From Candidatus Wolfebacteria bacterium (GTDB lineage Bacteria; Patescibacteriota; Minisyncoccia; UBA6257; UBA9933), in the NCBI GenBank assembly GCA_026394835.1, contig JAPLZW010000048.1, positions 1 to 37,543 of the forward strand: a stretch of DNA of 37,543 nucleotides, in the 5' to 3' direction. The notes beneath the pieces are model-generated. The model saw only the letters and a program-made list of their open reading frames with translations, was not told where the DNA came from and did not search any database. Below are positions 8,298 to 16,915 of the stretch, piece after piece (within the stretch, counting starts at the first letter, position 1; every line of letters starts with the position of its first letter). Both the position numbers and the translations under genes were made by a program.

Positions 8298-11200
8298 TTA
8301 TTTTACTTTTTTTATTCCGGCCCAGACTTTTTTGCCGTCAACATTGGTTTCGGTTTCGGCGTCGAATTTATCCGTTTTTGAAAATTCAACCCGCTCCGCG
8401 CCCACCCTATCTTTGAATATTTTCAAATTGTTGGAGATCGGCCATTCCAATTCTTTAAACATCTCAAACCATAAAGAAATTTTATCTTTTGGCGTGTAGC
8501 CGGCTTCCTGGCGCAAACCTTGGACCAGCCTGACAAAGTCCCTTAAAATTCCCTCTTCTTTCAATTCCGGCGTGATATTGGTGTCTAATTCCACTTCGCC
8601 GCTTATCTTGGAATCAAAAATGATTTCTTTAACGTTAATTTCGTCTCTTAAAATTTCCAACAATTCTTCTTTATTCTTTATTCTTAATTCTTTATTCTTA
8701 ATTCTTAGCGAAGCTAATGGCTGCCTAACTCTCATTCCGGCTTTTTCGCGGGCTTCAAGCCCCAATGAAGCCAATCTCCTTACATCCTTCATTTGCTCCA
8801 ACAATAATCTTACTTCTCTATTCTTACCTCTTATTTCTTTAAACTTGGGCCACCCGGAAAGGTGGACGCTCTCTTTATTCCCTAATTTAAAATTAAGCCA
8901 CTCGGCCATAAAAGGCATAAACGGCGCCATTACTTTGGAAAATTTTTCGAGAACGTATCTTGTGGCCACCACGGCTTCAGCCTTATCTTTGCCGGCTGAT
9001 TTAAATCTGTCCCGGGAACGGCGCACATACCAAGTTGAAATATCATCCACAAAATCAGACAATGGCCTAACCGCCTTATCAAGCTCGTAATTATCCATCG
9101 CCTTCCCCGCTTCGTTTGCCAGTTGTTCCAACCGCGCGATAATCCACGTATCTAAAACGTTATTGGTTTTTGGCCGTTGGTTATTAGTCGTTGGTCGTTG
9201 GTCGGATGCGTACATTTCGTAGAAACTCACAACATTCGCGAGCCGTAGAATCAGTTTCTTATAGATTTCATCAACGCCTTTTTCGGAAAAATTCAGGTCT
9301 TCGGCGCGGACCACGGGTGATGACAAAAGATAATAACGTAAGGCGTCGGCGCCATATTTATTGACGACTTCCATGGGATCAGGATAATTTTTCAAACGCT
9401 TGGACATCTTCTGGCCGTTCTCCGCGAGGATGATGCCATTCACAACCACGTTTTTGTAGGCCGGTTTCTTAAAAAGGGAAGTTGCCAGAACAAGCATTGT
9501 GTAAAACCAACCGCGCGTCTGGTCTATGCCCTCGGCAATAAATTCCGCCGGAAAATTCTTTTCAAACTTCTTTTTATTCTCAAAAGGATAATGCGCCTGG
9601 CCGTAAGGCATAGCGCCGGATTCAAACCAGCAGTCAAAAACATAATTTTCGCGTTTCATTTTCCCGTGGCACTTTTCGCACGCAAACTCAACTTCATCAA
9701 TATATGGCCGGTGTAAATCCAATTCGTAATTTTTGTTATGCGGCAAAGGAGAAAAATCCAAAGATTTCAGCTCGCCCCGTTTTATGAAATCGTCTTTCGT
9801 GCCGCGCATCTCAATGCTTTTTTCGACACCAGCCCCTTCCGCGCCGGCGATCATAAGCCACAATGGATATTCGTGGCTGACTATCAGGATATTTTTATCT
9901 TTGTATTTTTTATCGATATCATAAAGAAATTCCGTAACGCGGTTTTTGAGCTTAATAAGATTCTCTCCCTCCGGCGGATTCTTTGTGAATTTTTCCAAAA
10001 GCGAGGAAAAATAATTATCATAGTCCCGGTAATATTTGCCGTCGAAGATGCCCACATCCACCTCCATAAGCCGTTTATCAAAGATAACATCGCTTTCGCG
10101 TAAGCCGACCTCCTTTGCCACCAACTCCGCGGTTTCTTTGGCTCTCGCAAGCTCCGAAGAAAAAATTACATCCGGCTTTTTGCCTTTGAGCTCTTTCAGT
10201 AATTTTTGGGCCGAAGCCCGGGCTTCTTTCTTTCCTTTTTCCGTAAGATGATATTTCGCGGCGGCTTTAAGGGTTGCGGCGGAAATTTCAGCCACATTAT
10301 TTTCCGATTCGCCGTGGCGCATCACAAAGTATTTATTCCCCGAATTTATGGAATTCTCTTTGATATCTTTTATAGACCCGACTATTTTCCGCTTCCCGCA
10401 TTTTTCGCACTTCCAGACCGGCAACGGCGCGCCCCAGTACCTTGTCCTTGAAATCGCCCAATCCGGGGCATCTTCCAGGATTTTTCCGAACCTGCCTTTT
10501 TTCACGTGTTCCGGCACCCAATTTACTTTTTTATTATTTTCCAGCAATCCACCCTTTCCTTTTTTGATGGCGGCGATATCCAAAAACCAGGAATTAGCCG
10601 CGTAATTCAAAAGAGGAGTATCGCACCGCCAGCAATGAGGATAAGAATGTTTTATTTTCTCAACTCTCAAAAGTTTGCCTTGCCGCGTAAGCAGATCGAT
10701 TATTTTAAGGTCGGTTTCCTGCGGATTTCCCTTGGGCTTCACCTGAAGTCCCGAGAAATCCGAAACTTCCGGCTTGAATCTGCCATCCATGCCAACGTGC
10801 TGGATAAAAGGAAGATTATTTTTTTTGCCCAAAGCCATATCATCCGCGCCGAAAGCCGGCGCGATATGCACGATGCCCGTGCCTTCATCCGTCGAAACAA
10901 AATCTCCGGCGTAAATTTTCCAACCCTGCTCACGATTTTCTATTTTTTTATCTCTAGTGTAATAATCAAAGAGTGATTTATATTTTTTGCCGATAAGTTT
11001 TTCTCCTTTTATTATTTCTAAAATGTCGTAATCACCATCTATTACCACAAGCCGTTCTCTCGCAAGAATATATTTTTCGCCAGTCTTACTTCTTAATTCT
11101 TTATTCTTAATTCTTATAGTTACGTATTCAATCTTCGGATTCACCGCCAAAGCGACATTGCCCGGCAATGTCCACGGCGTCGTAGTCCATGCCAGGAAAT

Positions 11201-11861
11201 AAGTTCCGGGTTCGTCAACTGACTCAAATTTTACGTAAACCGATGAATCTTCAATGTATTTGTATCCCTGCGCCACTTCAAAATTGGAAAGTGTGGTTTC
11301 ACAACGCGGGCAGATCTGCATTGATTTATATCCTTCATAAATCAGCTTCTTGCCAAAAAGAGTTTTAAAAATCCACCACACGGATTCCGTGTAGCTCGTG
11401 TCCATAGTCTTGTAATCATGCTCCATATCCACCCAACGTCCCATCCGAGGGATAATTTCCTTCCAATCGTCAACGTATTTTAGAACCTCTTTTCTAGCTT
11501 CTTCGTTAAAATTCTCAACCCCGTATTTTTCGATATCCTTTTTGGTTTTGAGATTGAGTTTCTGCTCAACGATATTTTCAATCGGCAAACCATGGCAATC
11601 CCAGCCCCATCTCCGTTCTACGCGAAAACCATTCATTGTTCGGTAGCGCGGGATGACGTCTTTAATGGCGCTCGCGATAATGTGGCCGTAATGCGGCAAG
11701 CCGGTCGCAAAAGGCGGACCGTCGTAAAAAACATAATCCTTCTTGGGATTTTTACCGGCAGGCTTATTAACCGATTTTTCAAAAATTTTATTATCCTGCC
11801 AGTATTTGAGGATTTTTTGCTCTATTTCCGAAATTTTAGAAGTTTTAAAATCGCCGAACAT
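8298..11861 (-). CDS. ileS: Isoleucyl-tRNA synthetase (type 2) with an inserted histidine-phosphatase domain. The ORF is open to 11894, but Met-12 (11861) fits the conserved N-terminus.
   Basis: PPFATGLPHYGH (HIGH), KMSKRL (KMSKS), WTTTPWTLPGN editing-domain motif, and CxxC zinc knuckles. The 1198-aa ORF is longer than I would expect for an IleRS, from memory. See the insert at 9729..10343. Confidence 0.93.
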   Translation of the reverse strand: MFGDFKTSKISEIEQKILKYWQDNKIFEKSVNKPAGKNPKKDYVFYDGPPFATGLPHYGHIIASAIKDVIPRYRTMNGFRVERRWGWDCHGLPIENIVEQKLNLKTKKDIEKYGVENFNEEARKEVLKYVDDWKEIIPRMGRWVDMEHDYKTMDTSYTESVWWIFKTLFGKKLIYEGYKSMQICPRCETTLSNFEVAQGYKYIEDSSVYVKFESVDEPGTYFLAWTTTPWTLPGNVALAVNPKIEYVTIRIKNKELRSKTGEKYILARERLVVIDGDYDILEIIKGEKLIGKKYKSLFDYYTRDKKIENREQGWKIYAGDFVSTDEGTGIVHIAPAFGADDMALGKKNNLPFIQHVGMDGRFKPEVSDFSGLQVKPKGNPQETDLKIIDLLTRQGKLLRVEKIKHSYPHCWRCDTPLLNYAANSWFLDIAAIKKGKGGLLENNKKVNWVPEHVKKGRFGKILEDAPDWAISRTRYWGAPLPVWKCEKCGKRKIVGSIKDIKENSINSGNKYFVMRHGESENNVAEISAATLKAAAKYHLTEKGKKEARASAQKLLKELKGKKPDVIFSSELARAKETAELVAKEVGLRESDVIFDKRLMEVDVGIFDGKYYRDYDNYFSSLLEKFTKNPPEGENLIKLKNRVTEFLYDIDKKYKDKNILIVSHEYPLWLMIAGAEGAGVEKSIEMRGTKDDFIKRGELKSLDFSPLPHNKNYELDLHRPYIDEVEFACEKCHGKMKRENYVFDCWFESGAMPYGQAHYPFENKKKFEKNFPAEFIAEGIDQTRGWFYTMLVLATSLFKKPAYKNVVVNGIILAENGQKMSKRLKNYPDPMEVVNKYGADALRYYLLSSPVVRAEDLNFSEKGVDEIYKKLILRLANVVSFYEMYASDQRPTTNNQRPKTNNVLDTWIIARLEQLANEAGKAMDNYELDKAVRPLSDFVDDISTWYVRRSRDRFKSAGKDKAEAVVATRYVLEKFSKVMAPFMPFMAEWLNFKLGNKESVHLSGWPKFKEIRGKNREVRLLLEQMKDVRRLASLGLEAREKAGMRVRQPLASLRIKNKELRIKNKEELLEILRDEINVKEIIFDSKISGEVELDTNITPELKEEGILRDFVRLVQGLRQEAGYTPKDKISLWFEMFKELEWPISNNLKIFKDRVGAERVEFSKTDKFDAETETNVDGKKVWAGIKKVK
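8664..8707. repeat. Heptamer tandem array (ctttatt/cttaatt, about 6 units) in frame near the ileS 3' end
   Basis: ctttatt|ctttatt|cttaatt|ctttatt|cttaatt. Encodes LRIKNKELRIKNKEE. It shares a 27-nt identical core with 11090..11116. Confidence 0.9.
9164..9205. repeat. Heptamer tandem array, 6 units (42 nt), in frame in ileS
   Basis: ttggttt|ttggccg|ttggtta|ttagtcg|ttggtcg|ttggtcg. Encodes DQRPTTNNQRPKTN. Confidence 0.9.
9729..10343 (-). other. Histidine-phosphatase (phosphoglycerate-mutase superfamily) domain nested within IleRS, aa ~518-722
   Basis: YFVMRHGESENN (RHG catalytic motif; the His codon is at 10314..10316), SSELARAKETA, LMEVDVGIFDG and LIVSHEYPL. The domain is flanked by IleRS CEKCG (aa 496-500) and DLHRPYIDEVEFACEKCHG (aa 726-743). 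Confidence 0.8.
11085..11119. repeat. Heptamer tandem array, 5 units, in frame in ileS
   Basis: cttactt|cttaatt|ctttatt|cttaatt|cttatag. Encodes TIRIKNKELRSK. Confidence 0.9.
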
Positions 11862-11996
11862 AGTAGGAGTAATCGCGAATAACGCGAATATCAATTAAAT
11901 AATGCGAATGCTTAAAAAATAAATTAGCATTATTCGCTGGAATTCGCATTATTAGCGAACACTATTTAAAATAGCGGAAAAACGGCGTTTTGTCTA

Positions 11997-12887
11997 TTAT
12001 TTCCGCCTCCTCCCGTGAAACGCTTGATGGACTTCGTGAAGCTCTTTATTGGTGATGTGGGTATAAACCTGGGTTGTGGAAATATTAGCATGGCCCAAAA
12101 GTTCCTGCACCGAACGCAAGTCCGCGCCGCCGATCAATAAGTCCGTGGCGAATTGATGCCTAAGCTGATGCGGCGTGATATGGTCGGGAATACCTGCTTT
12201 TTTCGTGTAAAAATTTACTAAACGCTGGACAGCCCGCGGGATTATTCTGCCAATTACTTTTGGATTCTTAGCTTTAGTCAGACTCACGAATAACGCCTCG
12301 TCCGCGTCGCTTCTTTTATCCAGATACGCCTTAATGGCTTTCTTCGCCTGGTCGGAAATAAAAACCACCCGTAATTTATCTCCCTTGCCGCGCACCGTTA
12401 CTTCTCCGCGTTCCAAATCAATATAACGGCCCAAGGAACAAAGTTCCGAAATACGGAGCCCGGTTGAAAATAAAGTTTCCAAAATCGCCCGATCGCGCAA
12501 AGAACGCAAATCGCCTCCGCTCGGCGCGGTCAGCAATCTTTCCAAATCTTTATATTCCACAATCGCGATTTGCCGTTGTGAAACTTTGGGCAGCTCAATC
12601 TTATCCGGCGACATCACTTTGAAATCGCGCCGGATTAAATATTTCAAAAAATTGCGGAGCGCGATGATATAATAGCTTTGCGTATTTTTCTTGATATCCC
12701 GCCGCGCCAGATTGAGCCGAAACTCCCGAACCGCGTCCGGAGTAATATCCGCTTCGCTTTTTGATTTGGAGAACCTGATGAATTCCGCGAGATACCGGCC
12801 GTAATTTTCCCGCGTCTTGATGGAACGGTTTTTTTCTATCTCAAGATAATCCAGATATTCGATTAAAAGTTTTTCAATGTTTGCCAT
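11997..12887 (-). CDS. xerC: Tyrosine recombinase XerC/XerD family
   Basis: N-terminal SAM-like domain, then the catalytic region with RGKGDKLRVV, HQLRHQFAT and LGHANISTTQVYTH. Confidence 0.88.
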   Translation of the reverse strand: MANIEKLLIEYLDYLEIEKNRSIKTRENYGRYLAEFIRFSKSKSEADITPDAVREFRLNLARRDIKKNTQSYYIIALRNFLKYLIRRDFKVMSPDKIELPKVSQRQIAIVEYKDLERLLTAPSGGDLRSLRDRAILETLFSTGLRISELCSLGRYIDLERGEVTVRGKGDKLRVVFISDQAKKAIKAYLDKRSDADEALFVSLTKAKNPKVIGRIIPRAVQRLVNFYTKKAGIPDHITPHQLRHQFATDLLIGGADLRSVQELLGHANISTTQVYTHITNKELHEVHQAFHGRRRK

Positions 12888-12977
12888 AAATTGGTGTCGT
12901 AAAATAATTTTATCACAAATAAACGCCCACTTCCACGAAATTTTGAGATAAGCTCTTTTCGTGGTAACTTATAGTTA

Positions 12978-14225
12978 ATGAAGGATAAAACCCTGGAAAA
13001 GCTGATTAAAGCGGAAACCAAACGGCAGCAGGAAACGCTTGATTTAATCCCCTCGGAGAATATTGTTTCGCAGGATATTTTAGAAGCCTTAGGTTCTGCT
13101 TTTACCAATAAATATTCCGAAGGCTATCCGGGAAAACGGTATTATGCCGGAAACAGGATTGCCGACGAGGTTGAAATTTTGGCGCAGGAAAGGGCCAGAG
13201 AAGTTTTTGGGTTAAAAAATAATTGGCACATAAACGTTCAGCCTTATTCCGGCTCGCCCGCCAATATGGCGGTGTATTTCGCGCTTTTGGCGCCTGGCGA
13301 AAAGATTATGGGAATGTCGCTGCCCTTCGGCGGACACCTGACGCATGGCTGGAAAGTTAATTTTTCCGGGAAAATTTATCAGGCAGTCCAGTACGAAGTT
13401 AACCGCGAAGGCTTTATTGATTACAAAGCGGTTCAGAGGCTCGCCAAGAAAGAAAGGCCTAAAATTATCGTGGCTGGGGCGACCGCCTATCCCCGGATAA
13501 TCGATTTTAAAAAATTCAGGGAAATCGCTGATGAAGTTAAAGCTTACTTAATGGTGGATATGGCGCACATTGCCGGACTTGTGGCCGCAGGTAGCCATCC
13601 CTCGCCATTTACTTGCGCAGATATAGTGACGACCACGACCCACAAATCTTTACGCGGACCGCGCGGCGCGATTATTTTCGCGAATACCGATTCCAAAATC
13701 GCGAAAAAGAACGGCGTTGATATAGCTTCCGCAATCGACAAAGCCGTATTTCCGGGACTTCAAGGCGGACCGCACGACAATCAAACCGCTGCGATTGCGA
13801 TTTGCTTGGAAGAAGCTCTTAAGTCCGACTTTAAAAAATACGGCCATCAAATCGTGGCGAATGCCAAAGAACTGGCAAAACACCTAAAAAAGCTCGGATT
13901 TGAATTGGTTTCCGGCGGCACAGACAACCACTTGATGCTTATAGACCTGACGAATCTCGGCATTTCCGGCCGTGAAGCCCAGGACCGGCTTGAAGAAGCC
14001 GGCATTATCGTGAACCGCAACACGATTCCTTATGACACACGGCCGCCTTTCGACCCGTCAGGTATCCGCATCGGCACACCGTCCCTCACCACCCGCGGAA
14101 TGAAGGAAAAAGAAATGAGAACTGTCGCGGAACTTTTTTATCAGACTTTAAACATAAAAGAGGACTCTTCTTTTATTTTAAAAGAAGTTAAAAAACTATG
14201 CAGGAAATTTCCGGCCAAACGGTAG
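12978..14225 (+). CDS. glyA: Serine hydroxymethyltransferase
   Basis: LIPSENIVS, YSEGYPGKRYYAG, the TTTTHKSLRGPRG PLP-lysine motif, and a length of 415 aa. Confidence 0.95.
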   Translation: MKDKTLEKLIKAETKRQQETLDLIPSENIVSQDILEALGSAFTNKYSEGYPGKRYYAGNRIADEVEILAQERAREVFGLKNNWHINVQPYSGSPANMAVYFALLAPGEKIMGMSLPFGGHLTHGWKVNFSGKIYQAVQYEVNREGFIDYKAVQRLAKKERPKIIVAGATAYPRIIDFKKFREIADEVKAYLMVDMAHIAGLVAAGSHPSPFTCADIVTTTTHKSLRGPRGAIIFANTDSKIAKKNGVDIASAIDKAVFPGLQGGPHDNQTAAIAICLEEALKSDFKKYGHQIVANAKELAKHLKKLGFELVSGGTDNHLMLIDLTNLGISGREAQDRLEEAGIIVNRNTIPYDTRPPFDPSGIRIGTPSLTTRGMKEKEMRTVAELFYQTLNIKEDSSFILKEVKKLCRKFPAKR

Positions 14226-14292
14226 AAGTAAGATTTTCCGCCGAAGGCGGACCCGCCTCGGGCGGGAAGAAGTAAGAAATAAGAAAATTCTG

Positions 14293-15114
14293 ATGGAGAT
14301 TATTGACGGGAGGAAAATCGCTCAATCAATTATTGAGCGTCTAAAATCACAGCCGAAGCCGCAAAAAACTCTCGCGGCTATTTTAGTCGGGAACGATCCG
14401 GCTTCAATTTCATTTTTGAAACAGAAGCAAAGAATCGCCGATGAACTGGGCGTGAAATTTGAAATTCGCAGATTGAATGAAGCTATAACCGAAAGCGACT
14501 TAATAAAAGAAATCAAGAATATCGGTGAATCGAAAGACATAAGCGGGATGATAGTCCAACTGCCGCTTCCGGAAAATTTAAACCGCGAAAATATTCTAAA
14601 CGCGATTCCCAAAGAAAAAGACATTGATGTTTTGAGTGATAAGGCCAAAAAAGATTCCCGCGGAGGAAAAAGTTTAGTCCTTCCGCCCGCCGTCGCCGTC
14701 ATCGAAGAAATTTTTAAATCTTACTTCTTAAATCTTAAATCTTTAAAAGTCGCCGTCGTCGGCCTCGGTTTTCTTGTCGGCAAACCGATTTCCGAATGGT
14801 TAAAAAATAAATGCGCCGAGCTTTATCTTTTGGATATCGGCGATGATTTGAATACTATAAAAAACGCCGATTGGGTAATAAGCGGCGTGGGCCGTGCCGG
14901 ATTAATAAAGCCTGAGATGCTGAAAAATGACGCTATTATTATCGATTTTGGCTACGATACGAAAGATGGAAAAATCTCTGGAGATTTAGATGTAAGCAAT
15001 CTTAAATCTTACGACTTAAATCTTAAGCCTGGTTATTACACGCCTACGCCGGGCGGCACCGGCCCGATACTTGTCGCTGAATTATTTAAGAATTTTTACA
15101 AACTTAATTCTTAA
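14293..15114 (+). CDS. folD: Bifunctional methylenetetrahydrofolate dehydrogenase/cyclohydrolase
   Basis: IIDGRKIA start, LVGNDPASISF, GMIVQLPLP, VVGLGFLVGKP and TPTPGGTGP. Contains two heptamer-repeat inserts. Confidence 0.88.
   Translation: MEIIDGRKIAQSIIERLKSQPKPQKTLAAILVGNDPASISFLKQKQRIADELGVKFEIRRLNEAITESDLIKEIKNIGESKDISGMIVQLPLPENLNRENILNAIPKEKDIDVLSDKAKKDSRGGKSLVLPPAVAVIEEIFKSYFLNLKSLKVAVVGLGFLVGKPISEWLKNKCAELYLLDIGDDLNTIKNADWVISGVGRAGLIKPEMLKNDAIIIDFGYDTKDGKISGDLDVSNLKSYDLNLKPGYYTPTPGGTGPILVAELFKNFYKLNS
14716..14743. repeat. Heptamer tandem array, 4 units, in frame in folD
   Basis: aaatctt|acttctt|aaatctt|aaatctt. Encodes KSYFLNLKS. Confidence 0.85.
14998..15025. repeat. Heptamer tandem array, 4 units, in frame in folD
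   Basis: aatctta|aatctta|cgactta|aatctta. Encodes NLKSYDLNLK. Near-identical to the reverse complement of 3321..3348. Confidence 0.85.
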
Positions 15115-15146
15115 AAAACACTCCGATTTAAATCGGAGTGTTTTTA
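15114..15146. terminator. Bidirectional intrinsic terminator between convergent folD and recA
   Basis: aaaaaCACTCCGATttaaATCGGAGTGttttt: a perfect stem flanked by an A-run and a T-run. Confidence 0.8.
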
Positions 15147-15156
15147 TTTATTCTTC

Positions 15157-16188
15157 TTATTCCTCTTTTTTCGTTTCCGTATTAATCGCTTCCAATGTTT
15201 TCTTTTTGATTTCGTTTAAAAGTTTTTTGTCTTCTTTTAATTTTATTCGCGAGTTATCCAACCCGACTCCTAATTTTTCCTCGCCAAAGCTTAAAGTGTT
15301 GCCGTTCTTTTTCACTACGCCGAATTTCAAAGCCATATTCAGCACGTCGCCTTCATAAGAAATTCCCTCGCCGAACATGATATCGAATTCCGCGACTTTA
15401 AAAGGGGGCGCCACCTTATTTTTGGCGACTTTAGCCCGGGTACGGTTACCGACGACATCTTCGCCTTTTTTAATTTGCGCGATTCTCTTCAATTCAATCC
15501 TCACCGAAGCGAAAAATTTTAAAGCTCTGCCTCCGGGAGTCGTAGTCGGATCGCCATAACCCATCATTCCGATTTTATCGCGAATCTGATTTATGAAAAT
15601 AATAAGGGTTTGCGAGCGGTCGGTTAATGCCGTGATTTTCCGCAAAGCCTGGCTCATCATTCTCGCCTGAAGCCCGATAAATTGCGCGCCCATTTCACCT
15701 TCAATTTCCGCTCTCGGAGTTAAAGCCGCCACAGAGTCAATAACAACCGCCTGGATAATTTTTGACTTAACCAAACTTTCCAGAATATTCAAAGCATCCT
15801 CTCCGGAATCAGGCTGAGAGACCAGAAGGTCTGCCAATTTTACTCCTAATTTTTTGGCATAATCCGGATCCAGGGCATGCTCCGCGTCTATATAAGCCAC
15901 TTTCCCGCCTTTTTTCTGGACTTCGGCAATAGCGTGTAAAGCCATAGTGCTTTTACCGCTTGATTCCGGGCCGTAAATTTCCACTATCCGGCCGAATGGC
16001 AAACCGCCAACACCTAAGGCTAAATCAAGTGAAAATGAACCGGTTGACACTACGTCAGCATTAACTTTTTTGACCGAATCCAGTTTCATTATCGCGCCTT
16101 CGCCGAATCTGTCCTGTAGAGAACTCAAAAGATCTTCCAGCCCGCCATCCTCGCCCTTCTCATCCTTAAGTTCTTTTTTTGTAGCCAT
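15157..16188 (-). CDS. recA: Recombinase RecA
   Basis: [16 protein letters not shown] Walker [21 protein letters not shown], and a length of 343 aa. Confidence 0.96.
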   Translation of the reverse strand: MATKKELKDEKGEDGGLEDLLSSLQDRFGEGAIMKLDSVKKVNADVVSTGSFSLDLALGVGGLPFGRIVEIYGPESSGKSTMALHAIAEVQKKGGKVAYIDAEHALDPDYAKKLGVKLADLLVSQPDSGEDALNILESLVKSKIIQAVVIDSVAALTPRAEIEGEMGAQFIGLQARMMSQALRKITALTDRSQTLIIFINQIRDKIGMMGYGDPTTTPGGRALKFFASVRIELKRIAQIKKGEDVVGNRTRAKVAKNKVAPPFKVAEFDIMFGEGISYEGDVLNMALKFGVVKKNGNTLSFGEEKLGVGLDNSRIKLKEDKKLLNEIKKKTLEAINTETKKEE

Positions 16189-16203
16189 AATAGTTGATTT
16201 AAA

Positions 16204-16222
16204 ATTACTAATTACTAATTTA
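16204..16222. repeat. Heptamer repeat in the recA 5' leader
   Basis: attacta|attacta|attta, 16-34 nt upstream of the recA start codon at 16188. Confidence 0.7.
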
Positions 16223-16870
16223 CGGCTGATAAAAAATCTGTTTTGTAATTTTTACTTCCTTGCCCAAAAACTTTTTCGCCTTAATTTCTATTGTATTGGG
16301 GCCAACTTGCAAAGAAATCACCTTCTCAAATCTGCCGTTACCGGAAACCAAAACCTCATCGCTGCTTCCGGGAGGACCGACCGTAATCTTGTCCATCGGT
16401 TCGGTAGTGCCGGTTATTTTTATAGTTGAAGTCGCAACCTGAATGGCGCTGTCTATCGGATTCGTCACTTCTATTTTCGGCGCGCCGAAAAAATCACTTC
16501 CGCGCCAGCCCAGATAAATTACGGCAAAAACGCCGATAAATCCCAAGATAATTAATTTCTTATTCATGCCTTTTATGGCAAAGCGGTTAATCGGCAATTT
16601 GTCATCCAGCCCGGAACTCTTAATGGGATTATGGCGGCGATAAATTTCCCAAAGAGATTTTCCATCCACATCGAGAACTTCTCCGATTTTCATCAAATAA
16701 CCCCTTACATAAGGAGCTGAGGGTAATTTTTTATAGTCATCTTCTTTTAATGCTATAAGATAGCGTTCGGGAATTTCCGTGGCTTGAGCGAGCCTTTCTA
16801 AATTTACGCCACGCAAATCCATGGCTTCATTCAATATTTCCTTCAGGGTTCTTTCGATTGATTCCGTCAT
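16220..16870 (-). CDS. RodZ-like helix-turn-helix membrane protein
   Basis: N-terminal HTH ([36 protein letters not shown]), a single TM segment, and a C-terminal beta-rich domain. Confidence 0.6.
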   Translation of the reverse strand: MTESIERTLKEILNEAMDLRGVNLERLAQATEIPERYLIALKEDDYKKLPSAPYVRGYLMKIGEVLDVDGKSLWEIYRRHNPIKSSGLDDKLPINRFAIKGMNKKLIILGFIGVFAVIYLGWRGSDFFGAPKIEVTNPIDSAIQVATSTIKITGTTEPMDKITVGPPGSSDEVLVSGNGRFEKVISLQVGPNTIEIKAKKFLGKEVKITKQIFYQP

Positions 16871-16915
16871 GATAGGATTTATTATCGTTAAATCAAATAA
16901 AATAGCAAATCGGGA

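Noticed and set aside
9729-10343. Intein as an explanation for the IleRS insert
   Set aside because: No Cys/Ser/Thr plus His-Asn splice-junction pattern and no homing-endonuclease motifs. The insert carries histidine-phosphatase signatures instead.
11862-11996. T-box riboswitch or attenuator upstream of ileS
   Set aside because: Only about 135 nt, and I could not find the conserved T-box sequence or a specifier-loop layout. The region instead holds GCGAAT/ATTCGC words, including a 12-bp inverted repeat (aataatgcgaat at 11899..11910 and attcgcattatt at 11942..11953). It may be a terminator for xerC or a promoter element.
12863-13108. 81-aa minus-strand ORF spanning the xerC/glyA intergenic region and the glyA 5' end
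   Set aside because: It overlaps the well-supported glyA start and has no motifs. The region does contain an 8-bp stem (12933..12940 with 12957..12964) in the glyA leader, which I could not interpret.
14238-14266. Twin GC hairpins after glyA (ccgcc-gaa-ggcgg, cccgcc-tcg-ggcggg) as an intrinsic terminator
   Set aside because: No U-tract follows either stem, and folD starts 27 nt later, so co-transcription is likely. They may be RNA-stability or processing hairpins, but I cannot support a specific call.
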